From: a virus
Taxonomy: Duplodnaviria; Caudoviricetes
Reading direction: 5' to 3' (one strand)
IMG/VR virus record: IMGVR_UViG_3300012953_000059
Span: 1-42,352 of that record
Length of the DNA stretch: 42,352 nucleotides
Part shown: one piece after another, positions 28,407-38,347 of the stretch
Layout: each line of letters starts with the position of its first letter
How positions within the stretch are numbered: the stretch's first letter is position 1
Notes under the pieces: generated by a model
The model's input: the letters and a program-made list of their open reading frames with translations, nothing else
The model's database searches: none
What the model was told of the DNA's origin: nothing
Made by a program: the position numbers and the translations under genes

Positions 28407-28434
28407 TCATTTATACTATTAAGTATAACAGGAT

Positions 28435-28470
28435 GGGGGGTTGGAGTATTCCACCCCCTTCTTATTGTTT
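28435..28470 (+). terminator. Rho-independent terminator
   Basis: GGGGGGTTGGA-gtat-TCCACCCCC followed by TTCTTATTGTTT. Confidence 0.75.
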
Positions 28471-28479
28471 TCGTAAAGT

Positions 28480-31400
28480 ATGAACGAATACACCTACGAT
28501 TCAAATACGATTTCTCTATATTCTACCGAAAGTTACGGCGATGTTACTGTCCTTAACGTAACGGATGATTATGGATCGATAGGTGATGCTCCAACGAATT
28601 TGGAAGCAGAAAGTAATTTAAGTCAAGATAGTTATGGAGAAGTCTCCATATCAGCAGATAACTACCCATTTGGAACAGCAACTATATCTGGTGGAATATC
28701 ATCCGAGAGTTTAAGTAAGGGTAATTATGTTGCTGATGGAACTGCTTACCTTGCCTCTACCGCCTTAGAAGGCATTAGAAAGATCTGGGTTGGTACTGGA
28801 TCCCTATTTGAGATGGGCGGTGGTATGGAACGCAGTAGTGCGTTCTGGGTAGGTTCTGGTGGGCTTACTGTATCTGGTACTTGTGAAGTAACAACAACAT
28901 TAGATTGGAACGAATTCTTATTCGTACCATTCACCACAGAAGACTTGGGAGCTGTCGATGCAGTCCCAAGTCTTTTGGATTTTGGAGATATTACAGCTTC
29001 CAAGTCTGGAGGAGAAGAATCTTGGGGATTTGTATACAACACAGATGATGTAAGAGGTGCAACATCATACCATAAGTTTGCTAACGCACCTTGGGCAGAA
29101 TTTAATACTTATAGCTTTACTACAGACAGAACAGGTTCGGGTGGTCTATTCGCTGCAAGTGGTCTCTCAGAGACTAAGACCTCTACAGAATTTGGAGACA
29201 AGACAACACTATTCAGTGTAACTGGTGGAGAGATATACTCACAGACAAGTCGTGAGGTCATGTCTGGTAATGCTTCATTCGGAAGTGCTGGTGTTGAGAA
29301 GTTTGTACATGAGTTTAATGATGAGTCTGGATATACATTACAGACAGAAGATAATGGATTAATTTGGTATGGATTTAGTGAGACCGAAGATCTTGGTACA
29401 ACAACCAAACCAGTTACTGCTGGTGAATATGATAATGGTGGAATTATATGGAATAATGTAGAGGCAAATACTGGAACCTATGAGTTCGTTGCTCTTTATG
29501 ATATTCAAGGAGATGGTACTTACGCTAGGTATTGGGAAGGTGAAGGATCTATTACCATTAGTGGACAAGACCTTACAACTAATGCACCACATTGGACTGC
29601 ATCTGGATCTCTATTCAGTGCTGGTGGAGCTGCTGAGTGTAGAACTGATACTATAGTTGGAAGTGATACAACTCTATTCACTTGGTCTGGTGCATACAGT
29701 AATCTTAAGTTCCAGTATCATTGGACAGGATCTGGTTCTCTACCTGTAACTGGTGGTGTAGCAATACTAAGAACATATGGATATGATGATACTGCTACGA
29801 TTGGATACGGTACTGATAACTGGGGATCAATAGAAGATAGTCCAGTTGATTCAGAGAATTGGGGTCTTGTTACTGAAGGATGGTTATCAGAGAACTGGTG
29901 GTACATCTGGCATGATGGTGTTGCAACCTCAATGGGTGGACTTACTATCAAGACTGATCCTAAAGTTATTAATGATTCAACTCCAGAGAATTACTTTGAT
30001 CCAACTAACCCAGGTCTTTCTGCTACCGAAGGTCATAACTTCGATACCTACTCATTCACTTGGGGTCATGGATTTGTACAGGGTGGTAACCTCTTCAGTA
30101 TGGGAGGAGCTTCCGAGGCAGTTGGATATCAACCAGTTGAAGATATTGCACTGTTCACTTATTCTGGTGGATATAATAACCTTCAAGCAACATTTAGAGA
30201 GATTGGATCTGGTGCTATATCCAGAGTTGGTGGTGGATCTGAGTATGTAATATTCAGTTATAATGATAGTACAGTTGTACCATTTAGTAGTGAAGACATT
30301 GGTCTCATAACAGGTGAAGATCCTACTGTCGATGATTACGGTACAGTTCATCCACCTCAAGACGGTGGTGAATATGATTATGGTTTAGTTGTCTACAGTG
30401 CTACTACTAATTCCGCACAGGGAACATTTACCTTTAGTCTCACACGAGAATCTTGGACTCAAGAAGAGATTGATAAACTCAATCCAGAATATACTACAAA
30501 ACCATATGGTACATTCCCGTATGCAGGTGATGAGAAGACACAAGAAGAATCAAAGGATGTTCGATTTATTCCTGTCTGGGGTCAGATTGGTAGAGGTTCA
30601 TTATTCTCTGTAGGTGGTGCTGCCGAGGCTATTACTGTAGTACCAAATACAACTGGTATATTCCAGATAGTTGGTGGTAATTATTATCTTGGTAGTATGA
30701 TCGAACGACTTGTCGTTCGTGAAGTTGGTACTGGTGCAATGTCCAGAGTTGGTGGAGCTGCTGACTCAGTAACATTCGATTACAATGAATCATCTATTGT
30801 TACGTTCTCCTCTAGTGATGATGGTTCAATAACAGATAGTGCTATTACATCTGAGTATGGAGGAGTCGCACTTCCACAAGAAGAAGAGATTGATTATGGT
30901 TCAGTAATTTACAATGAAACTGTATATCCAGTTTCAGGAATACTCCAATCTTCTGGTACTTCTCCAAGTGCTGCTGTATACAGGGATCCTACACAAGGTG
31001 GATCACTATTCAGTGCTGGTGGAGCTAGTGAATGTGTTAGCACAACAGAACTTGGTGATGCTACAACACTATTTGATATTTACACTGCTCCGCAATTTAT
31101 CGGTAACACATACAAGTTTGTTTGGAATGCACCTCCAGGTACAGGTGGATTATTCAGTGTTGGTGGTGGAGTTGAGAAGGTAACATTTGATTATAACGAA
31201 TCATCAACTATTCCATATGGAACAGAAGATAGTGGATTAATAGTTGATTCTGTAACTGTAGTTGATGACTATGGTTCAGTAATAGAATCTCAGTATGGTG
31301 GAGAATATGATCAAGGACATATTATATTTACATCTACTGCTATTCCATTCGGATCACTCAATCTCAGTCTCACAAGAGCAAGATGGACTCAAGCAGAGAT

Positions 31401-34400
31401 TGATGAACTTTCACCAGGATATACCACCAAACCATATGGTACATTCCCATATGCAGGTGATGAGAAGACACAAGAAGAATCTGGTGATGTTAAGTACAAA
31501 CCTATCTGGGGTCAGATTGGTGAAGGTTCCCTATTCTCTGTAGGTGGTGCTTCTGAATCTGCTACCTATCAACCTACTGAGGATACAGCACTATTTGATA
31601 TCTTTACCGCACCTCAATTTATTGGTAACACTTATAGATTCTGTTGGAACTATGATGGATCTGGTAACTTACCACTCGTCAATGGTGCTGCTGAGTCTGT
31701 TACCTTCGATTACAACGAGTCTTCTATTAATGTATTCTCTACTGATGATGAAGGTAACATTGTTGATAATGCAACGGTATTTGGTGAGTATGGAGACCTT
31801 AACATCCAAGAAGGTGAAGATGATTACGGAACAGTAATATGGACTTCTACAATATATCCTCTAACAGGAACACTTCAGACATCAGGTGTTGGTTCAGAGT
31901 ATGTTGTATTCAGAGATCCTACTACTGGTGGTTCACTATTCAGTGCTGGTGGATCTGTTGAGAGTAAGACTTCTACTGAGTTTGGAGAAGACACATCACT
32001 TGGAGATCTTAGTGGTACTAGTATTCTATCCAGAACTAGAGATTGGGTTGGATCAGGATCTCTATTCACTGCTCTTGGTGCTGCTGAGTCTGCAACATTC
32101 GATTACAACGAATCTTCTATCGTCACATTTACAAGTGATGACTATGGATTAATAGTAGATGCTGCTACTACTAATGTTGATCAGGGTAGTGTTGCTAATA
32201 TTCAAGAAGGTGAAGATGATTATGGTTCAGTTCTTTACACCTCTACCACATATCCTACAACTGGATTAATAACTCTTACCACTGCACCTCAGTTTGTTAA
32301 TAACACCTACAGATTCTGTTGGAACTTCGTATCAGATGCTGGATCTCTATTCAGTGCTGGTGGAGCTGCTGAGTCTGCAACTGTTGATTGGGAGTCAACA
32401 GGTCTATTTGATGTCTTTACTGCACCTCAATTTATTGGTAACACCTATAAGTTTGTTTGGAATGCACCTCCAGGTACAGGTGGACTATTCAGTATAGGTG
32501 GTCTTGTTGAAGCTGTTACATGGAACTATGCTCCTGGTCCAGTACTTCCATTTAATACTACTGATTATGGATTAGTAACAGATTTAACACATCCAACCAA
32601 TGACGTAATTAATTACGGTGATCTTGGATTGTTCGATGAGGACACAGAAGATTACGGATTTGTAATTTACACATCAGAGACTGTTTCTAACTCTGGAACA
32701 TACACCCTCAGTCTAACAAGAGCACTGTGGACTCAGGAAGAAATTGATGCACTCAACCCAGAATATCTAACCGAACCATTTGGTACATTCCCACAAGTAG
32801 GTGATGAGAAGACACAAGAAGAATCTGGTGATGTTCAGTACGCACCATCATTCGCACAAATTGGTAGTGGTTCTCTATTCACTGCAGGTGGTGCTGCTGA
32901 GTCTGCTGTTTATCAACCTACTGAAGATACTGTACTATTCACTGCATTTACAGCACCTCAATTCTATGGTAACACATATAGGTTTATTTGGAATGCACCT
33001 CCAGGTACAGGTGGATTATTCAGTGTTGGTGGATGTGTAGAATCCAGAGCTTACGTTTACAACGAGACTGGTATTGTTGTATACAGTACTGAAGATAACG
33101 GTCTCATATCTGATACTGTTACAACAATCGATGATAATGGTGCGGTTGCATTACCTCAATCTGATGGTGAAGTAGACTACGGTTCAATTCTTTACACCTC
33201 TACTGCATATCCAACAACAGGTACTTACACTGCATCTGGTGCTGTTACACAGTCATTTAGTAAGGGTCTATACACTGGTGGTGGTTCACTATTCGCTACA
33301 AGTGGTGCTGGTGAATGTGTATCTACTACTGAGTTTGGTGAGGATACATCACTTGGAGATCTTGGTGGTTCTGGTTCACAGTCACGTACTGTTGTTGAAA
33401 TTGGATCTGGATCAATATTCAGAGCTGGTGGTGCTGCTGAGTGTAGGACATATGATTATGATCAGAGTGCTATCGTTGTATTCACATCAACTGATCATGG
33501 TCTAGTAGTAGACAGTGTAGTTACATCAGATGATCAGGGTAGTGTTGATACTATTCAGTCTGGTGGTGAATATGATTACGGAACTGTACTTTACAGTGCT
33601 AATGCAATACCAGTAACAGGTACTTACGTTGTTGATGGTGCTGTATCTACTGCGTTTGTCTTTGGTAACTTTACTGGTTCTGGATCACTATTTACTGCAT
33701 CTGGTGGTGCTGAATCTTCAACATACTCACCTGAGAATGATACTGTACTATTTGATATATTTACTGCACCTGCATTTGTTGGTAATACATATTGCTTTAT
33801 CTGGAATGCACCTGATGGATCTGGTGGATTGTTTAGTGTTGGTGGATGTGTTGAAGTTAGAACATATGCTTACAACGAATCTGCTAGTCAGGCATTTAGT
33901 ACTGAGGATAACGGTTTCATATCTGATGCTGTTACAACAATTGATGATCATGGTGACTTTGGATATGTTGGTGACGACACCGAAGATCATGGTCAGGTAT
34001 GGTTGGGTGCTACCAATGGTGGTGCTGCAAATGGATTCATTACATTCGGTGGTGAAGTATTTGAGATCTTCAAACCAGCATTTGCACATATTGGTGAAGG
34101 TTCACTATTTACTACCAATGGTGCTGCAGAATGTGTTACTACAACAGAGTTTGGAGAGGACACATCACTTGGTGATCTAAGTGGTACTCATTCTATAGCA
34201 AGAACATTCAGTGAGGTTGGAACTGGTTCTATCTTTACTGTTGTTGGTGGTGCTGAGTCTAGAACTTACAACTATGATATCAACCTCACCGCCATAACAT
34301 TCCAAGATGATAATGGTTCAGTAACAGATAGTGCTACTACGTTTGATGATCAAGGTACGGTTCATCCACCTCAAGACGGTGGTGAATATGATTATGGATC

Positions 34401-37400
34401 TATTTGGATTGGTCTTGGAAGTCAACTATGGAGAGCTGATGATACTGTATCTGCTTCTGGATCTGTTCATCTTGGTCTAATAGGTGATACCGTTGGTATT
34501 GCTAGAACATTTGGACATATTGCTTCTGGATCACTATTTGCTACTGGTGGTGCAGCAGAGGTTGTTGTATACGACTACGAAGATACAACTCTATACGATA
34601 TCTTCACTGCACCTCAGTTTATTGGTAACACCTATGCATTCTGCTGGAGTTACACAGGAACAGGTAATATCAATTCACTTGGTGGATGTGCGGAATCTAG
34701 AACATGGCATTACAGCGATACTTTACCATCTGTACTTGTTGTTGATGATGAAGGTAACATCGTTGATGCTACAACAGTATTTGCCGATTACGGTAACCTT
34801 GGTGTTACCTTTGGTGGCGAAGAAGACTACGGTTCCAATAACACACTTGCACATCCTGGTCTTGCTGCATCTGGTACTTACACAATTAGTGGTGTTGCAA
34901 GTACTCCATTCGTATGGAGAGGTGGATGTGAAGGTGGTACATATCTAGTTTCTGGTGAAGTTGAGGCTAGACCTACAACAGCTTTAACTGGTGAAGGTAG
35001 TACAACAATATTTACAGCACCTCAGTTTATTGGTAACACATATGCATTTACTTGGGGTCATGGATTTGTACAGTCTGGATCTCTATTCAGTGCTGGTGGT
35101 GCTGCTGAGTCTACAACAACCAACCCACCAGAGGATACATTACTCTACACAGTTGCTGGTACTAGAATATCAGAACGTCAGACATTTGCAGAAACCGCAT
35201 CTGGATCTATTACTCTATCTGGTGCTGCAGTTGAAAGACAGACAGATGGTTGGATAGGTTCTGGATCTGTTACTTTATCTGGTACTAAGGTAGAGGCATT
35301 TGCTAGAGCTCCTTACGTTGGTTCTGGATCACTATTTACTGCTGGTGGAGCATCAGAAGTTGTTGCTGTTCTTGAGGTTGGTATTGGTCTATTTGATTAT
35401 GTTGGTAGTGCTATTGAGAAGCATACAGAGAGATATATTGGTTCTGGATCTGCAACTATATCTGGTGCTGGTGTTGAGGTATACTCCAGAGGTACTATTG
35501 TTGGATCTGGTACTGTTACCTTATCTGGTACTAAAGCAGAAAGCTTTACTCCAGCAACTGAGATTGGATCTGGTAGTCTCTTTACTACTAGTGGTGCTGC
35601 TGAATCTGTTACTGTTGATTGGGAATCTACAGGTCTCTTCAATGTTATTGGTTCCACTCATTATAACTTCTCACTTAGACATATTGGTGCTGGTTCACTA
35701 TTCACTTCTAGTGGTGCTGCTGAATCTACAACTACTAATCCTCCAGAAAATACTGCACTATTTGCAGTTGGTGGTACTAAGGCAGAAAGCTTTACTCCAG
35801 CAACAGAAGTTGGATCTGGATCTATCACTCTATCTGGTGTTGGTTCTGAGAATTACACTGGTGCATTTACTGGTTCTGGTACTGCTACCTTCAGTGGTGA
35901 AGCAGATCTTATCTACCGTGTTAGATACTTTGGTTCTGGTACATTATTCACTGGTTCTGGTGCTGCTGAATCTGTTACAACCAATCCACCTGAGAGTACT
36001 TCACTTCATCAAATTAGTGGTACTAGAGTTGAGAAAGCAGTATTCAGAGAAATTGGATCTGGATCTGTTACTTTATCAGGCACTTCTAGTAATCGTTACA
36101 CTCCACACATCACTGGTAGTGGTTCAATCTACGTATCAGGTGAGGTACAGTTTAAAGTTCGTTACATCCTTGGTGGTTCTGGTAACATATCCACATTTGG
36201 TGGTTCTGCCGAGGCAGTTGGTACGAATCCTCCAGAGGATATTGCACTATTTGTTTGGTCTGGTATTAGTGAGAGTCAATGGTCACCTTCTTGGGTTGCC
36301 AAAGATGGAAAGTATATCCTATCAGGAGAAATTCCAGAACCACTTATCACGAAGCACTGGACTGCATCTGGTTCATTGTTCTCAGTTGGTGGTGCTGCAG
36401 AAAGCTTCTCTGCAAATATCGATGGTATTGGTCTATACGATATCAGTGGTGCAGTATCAGATCTCAAGGCAACAGTCAGAGAAATTGGATCTGGATCACT
36501 ATTTACTGCTGCTGGAGCATCCGAATCTATCGGAACAAATCCTCCAGAAAGCACAGTATTACTTGCACCTACAGGTACTGCTACAGAGAGACACACAGAA
36601 AACTGGGTTGGTTCTGGATCAAGTACATTATCTGGTGCTATCCCAGAACCTCTTATTACAAAGGCATGGACAGGTTCTGGATCCATCAGTCTATCTGGTA
36701 CAGCAGTCGAGAGACAGACAGACGATTGGGTTGGTTCTGGATCACTATTTACTGCTGGTGGTTCTGCAGAATCTACAACTACAAATCCTCCAGAGAATAC
36801 AGTTCTCTATACTTGGACAGGTGCTGGTACAGAGAAACATACCGAAAGGTGGATTGGTTCTGGATCTATCAGTCTTTCAGGTGCTGGAGTTGGATTCTAT
36901 ACACCACACATTACTGGTTCTGGATCTCTATTTACAGCTCTTGGTTCAGCAGAATCTATCTCCACAAGCGAGGTCAGTACTGGAATCTTCACAGTCAGTG
37001 GAGACAGTGCAGATTCGAGAGCAAGGATATTTACTGGATCTGGTTCTATTACCATTTCTGGTACAAAAGCAGAGAGCTTTACTCCAGCTCCAGAAGTCGG
37101 TGTTGGTACTCTTACGTTTACAGGAGAAGCATTTATCAGATGGATCCCAAGTTGGATTGGTTCTGGTACAGCAACAATATTTGGTCAAGTTACAGATGTT
37201 CGGATCACAAGAGATTGGATTGGATCTGGATCCCTATTTACAGCAGGTGGTTCCGCAGAAGCAATTTCTACAAACCCACCAGAAAGTACACTACTTTACA
37301 CAGCTGCAGGTAATGCTACTGAATCTACAACAACAGTTATTATTCCTGGATCTGGTACTGTTACATTCAGTGGTGAAGCAAGAGATATATTCACACCTAA

Positions 37401-37995
37401 CAACATTGGTTCTGGTACAGCAACTGTATTTGGTACTTCAGTTGAAAGCCAGACAGATCATTATCATGGATCTGGTACTGCAACCATTAGTGGTAATTCT
37501 GGTGATGTACGTGCAAGAGCGTTTGAAGGATCTGGATCTCTATTCACTGCATCTGGAGCTGCTGAATCTACAACTGTTGATTACGAAGATACAACTCTAT
37601 ACGATATCTTCGGTCATGGTGCAGAAGCCTTTGTACGTAAAGGATATGTTGGATCTGGTTCCTTTAGTGATATCACTGGAGCAGTTAGCGATGTTAAGCT
37701 TACACATTCTGATCCACCAGGTGATGTTGATTACGTTGTATCTGGTGAAGTTACAGATATCAAACGTACCTTTGGATATGTTGCTCCTCACGGAACACTA
37801 TTTGCCTTTGGTGGAGGAGTTGAATCTGCCACTGTTGACTATGAAAATATTCTTCTTACAACAATTGGTGGTAGTGCGGATGATAAATTTGTCAGAGCTG
37901 CATACATTGCAGAGGGAACAATTACTCTCAGTGGAGAGTCTCTCAATGAGCTTAGAACATTCGAGCCACCATTTATGTTTGCAACTATAATATAA
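28480..37995 (+). CDS. Giant acidic Gly/Ser/Thr-rich repetitive virion protein (3171 aa), probable fibre/appendage
   Basis: Uninterrupted 9.5-kb ORF in the late structural cluster. Many GSGSLF(S/T)xGGAAES and DYGxV/I repeats, low in Lys/Arg. Confidence 0.8.
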   Translation: MNEYTYDSNTISLYSTESYGDVTVLNVTDDYGSIGDAPTNLEAESNLSQDSYGEVSISADNYPFGTATISGGISSESLSKGNYVADGTAYLASTALEGIRKIWVGTGSLFEMGGGMERSSAFWVGSGGLTVSGTCEVTTTLDWNEFLFVPFTTEDLGAVDAVPSLLDFGDITASKSGGEESWGFVYNTDDVRGATSYHKFANAPWAEFNTYSFTTDRTGSGGLFAASGLSETKTSTEFGDKTTLFSVTGGEIYSQTSREVMSGNASFGSAGVEKFVHEFNDESGYTLQTEDNGLIWYGFSETEDLGTTTKPVTAGEYDNGGIIWNNVEANTGTYEFVALYDIQGDGTYARYWEGEGSITISGQDLTTNAPHWTASGSLFSAGGAAECRTDTIVGSDTTLFTWSGAYSNLKFQYHWTGSGSLPVTGGVAILRTYGYDDTATIGYGTDNWGSIEDSPVDSENWGLVTEGWLSENWWYIWHDGVATSMGGLTIKTDPKVINDSTPENYFDPTNPGLSATEGHNFDTYSFTWGHGFVQGGNLFSMGGASEAVGYQPVEDIALFTYSGGYNNLQATFREIGSGAISRVGGGSEYVIFSYNDSTVVPFSSEDIGLITGEDPTVDDYGTVHPPQDGGEYDYGLVVYSATTNSAQGTFTFSLTRESWTQEEIDKLNPEYTTKPYGTFPYAGDEKTQEESKDVRFIPVWGQIGRGSLFSVGGAAEAITVVPNTTGIFQIVGGNYYLGSMIERLVVREVGTGAMSRVGGAADSVTFDYNESSIVTFSSSDDGSITDSAITSEYGGVALPQEEEIDYGSVIYNETVYPVSGILQSSGTSPSAAVYRDPTQGGSLFSAGGASECVSTTELGDATTLFDIYTAPQFIGNTYKFVWNAPPGTGGLFSVGGGVEKVTFDYNESSTIPYGTEDSGLIVDSVTVVDDYGSVIESQYGGEYDQGHIIFTSTAIPFGSLNLSLTRARWTQAEIDELSPGYTTKPYGTFPYAGDEKTQEESGDVKYKPIWGQIGEGSLFSVGGASESATYQPTEDTALFDIFTAPQFIGNTYRFCWNYDGSGNLPLVNGAAESVTFDYNESSINVFSTDDEGNIVDNATVFGEYGDLNIQEGEDDYGTVIWTSTIYPLTGTLQTSGVGSEYVVFRDPTTGGSLFSAGGSVESKTSTEFGEDTSLGDLSGTSILSRTRDWVGSGSLFTALGAAESATFDYNESSIVTFTSDDYGLIVDAATTNVDQGSVANIQEGEDDYGSVLYTSTTYPTTGLITLTTAPQFVNNTYRFCWNFVSDAGSLFSAGGAAESATVDWESTGLFDVFTAPQFIGNTYKFVWNAPPGTGGLFSIGGLVEAVTWNYAPGPVLPFNTTDYGLVTDLTHPTNDVINYGDLGLFDEDTEDYGFVIYTSETVSNSGTYTLSLTRALWTQEEIDALNPEYLTEPFGTFPQVGDEKTQEESGDVQYAPSFAQIGSGSLFTAGGAAESAVYQPTEDTVLFTAFTAPQFYGNTYRFIWNAPPGTGGLFSVGGCVESRAYVYNETGIVVYSTEDNGLISDTVTTIDDNGAVALPQSDGEVDYGSILYTSTAYPTTGTYTASGAVTQSFSKGLYTGGGSLFATSGAGECVSTTEFGEDTSLGDLGGSGSQSRTVVEIGSGSIFRAGGAAECRTYDYDQSAIVVFTSTDHGLVVDSVVTSDDQGSVDTIQSGGEYDYGTVLYSANAIPVTGTYVVDGAVSTAFVFGNFTGSGSLFTASGGAESSTYSPENDTVLFDIFTAPAFVGNTYCFIWNAPDGSGGLFSVGGCVEVRTYAYNESASQAFSTEDNGFISDAVTTIDDHGDFGYVGDDTEDHGQVWLGATNGGAANGFITFGGEVFEIFKPAFAHIGEGSLFTTNGAAECVTTTEFGEDTSLGDLSGTHSIARTFSEVGTGSIFTVVGGAESRTYNYDINLTAITFQDDNGSVTDSATTFDDQGTVHPPQDGGEYDYGSIWIGLGSQLWRADDTVSASGSVHLGLIGDTVGIARTFGHIASGSLFATGGAAEVVVYDYEDTTLYDIFTAPQFIGNTYAFCWSYTGTGNINSLGGCAESRTWHYSDTLPSVLVVDDEGNIVDATTVFADYGNLGVTFGGEEDYGSNNTLAHPGLAASGTYTISGVASTPFVWRGGCEGGTYLVSGEVEARPTTALTGEGSTTIFTAPQFIGNTYAFTWGHGFVQSGSLFSAGGAAESTTTNPPEDTLLYTVAGTRISERQTFAETASGSITLSGAAVERQTDGWIGSGSVTLSGTKVEAFARAPYVGSGSLFTAGGASEVVAVLEVGIGLFDYVGSAIEKHTERYIGSGSATISGAGVEVYSRGTIVGSGTVTLSGTKAESFTPATEIGSGSLFTTSGAAESVTVDWESTGLFNVIGSTHYNFSLRHIGAGSLFTSSGAAESTTTNPPENTALFAVGGTKAESFTPATEVGSGSITLSGVGSENYTGAFTGSGTATFSGEADLIYRVRYFGSGTLFTGSGAAESVTTNPPESTSLHQISGTRVEKAVFREIGSGSVTLSGTSSNRYTPHITGSGSIYVSGEVQFKVRYILGGSGNISTFGGSAEAVGTNPPEDIALFVWSGISESQWSPSWVAKDGKYILSGEIPEPLITKHWTASGSLFSVGGAAESFSANIDGIGLYDISGAVSDLKATVREIGSGSLFTAAGASESIGTNPPESTVLLAPTGTATERHTENWVGSGSSTLSGAIPEPLITKAWTGSGSISLSGTAVERQTDDWVGSGSLFTAGGSAESTTTNPPENTVLYTWTGAGTEKHTERWIGSGSISLSGAGVGFYTPHITGSGSLFTALGSAESISTSEVSTGIFTVSGDSADSRARIFTGSGSITISGTKAESFTPAPEVGVGTLTFTGEAFIRWIPSWIGSGTATIFGQVTDVRITRDWIGSGSLFTAGGSAEAISTNPPESTLLYTAAGNATESTTTVIIPGSGTVTFSGEARDIFTPNNIGSGTATVFGTSVESQTDHYHGSGTATISGNSGDVRARAFEGSGSLFTASGAAESTTVDYEDTTLYDIFGHGAEAFVRKGYVGSGSFSDITGAVSDVKLTHSDPPGDVDYVVSGEVTDIKRTFGYVAPHGTLFAFGGGVESATVDYENILLTTIGGSADDKFVRAAYIAEGTITLSGESLNELRTFEPPFMFATII
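30436..32827 (+). repeat. Three dispersed in-frame copies of a ~118-nt module (SLTRxxWTQxEIDxLxPxYxTxPxGTFPxxGDEKTQEES)
   Basis: Copies start at 30436, 31366 and 32710 (spacings 930 and 1344 nt). The core GGTGATGAGAAGACACAAGAAGAATC is identical in all three. Confidence 0.9.
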
Positions 37996-38011
37996 CTGAA
38001 GATTTTGATGG

Positions 38012-38019
38012 TATAAATA
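38012..38019 (+). promoter_or_regulatory. T4-type late promoter
   Basis: TATAAATA 28 nt upstream of ATG 38047, with a GAGGG RBS between them. Confidence 0.85.
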
Positions 38020-38046
38020 AAAGAAGCATAAATTCGAGGGAAAACT

Positions 38047-38256
38047 ATGACTAAGCAGGTACAGTTGAGACGAGGTACTACGGTACAACAGTCAACATTT
38101 ACTGGAGCTCTTGGAGAATTGACCGTAGATACTACGAAAATGACCCTTGTTCTCCATGATGGAGCAACTGCAGGGGGCATAGAATTTGCTCGAAGAGACG
38201 ATGTTACTGCAGAAGTAACAACAAGTATGGGCATGATGGCCGCCCTTGGTTGGTAA
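38047..38256 (+). CDS. Stand-alone Mtd_N / hyaluronidase-N-like fibre-anchor protein (69 aa)
   Basis: VQLRRGTT...FTGALGELTVDT...LVLHDGATAGG motif, typical of tail-fibre N-termini. Confidence 0.75.
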   Translation: MTKQVQLRRGTTVQQSTFTGALGELTVDTTKMTLVLHDGATAGGIEFARRDDVTAEVTTSMGMMAALGW

Positions 38257-38347
38257 ACCAAAACCCATCAACATCAGATTTTATATGTAATGATCTGCAC
38301 TGAATTGATGAACCACTCATAAACATTTAAAAGGGGATTAAAAGAAA

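Noticed and set aside
28399-28429. TTGACT plus the TTATACT/AGTATAA palindrome as a sigma70 promoter or operator
   Set aside because: No -10 box lies at 16-18 nt spacing, and a 7-bp AT-rich palindrome is expected by chance.
35300-37990. 896-aa Leu/Val-rich +1-frame ORF as a real membrane protein
   Set aside because: It is a shadow of the Gly/Ser/Thr/Ala codons of the main gene. Stops in this frame need NTA+purine or NTG+A junctions, which the gene rarely uses. Many similar +1 ORFs occur along the gene and no RBS or promoter is evident. It is kept only as a codon-context observation.
28480-37995. CRISPR array or diversity-generating retroelement (DGR) template/variable repeats
   Set aside because: The repeats are in-frame coding modules at irregular spacing. 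Differences include C/T synonymous changes rather than adenine-specific ones. No cas or reverse-transcriptase gene is in the window.
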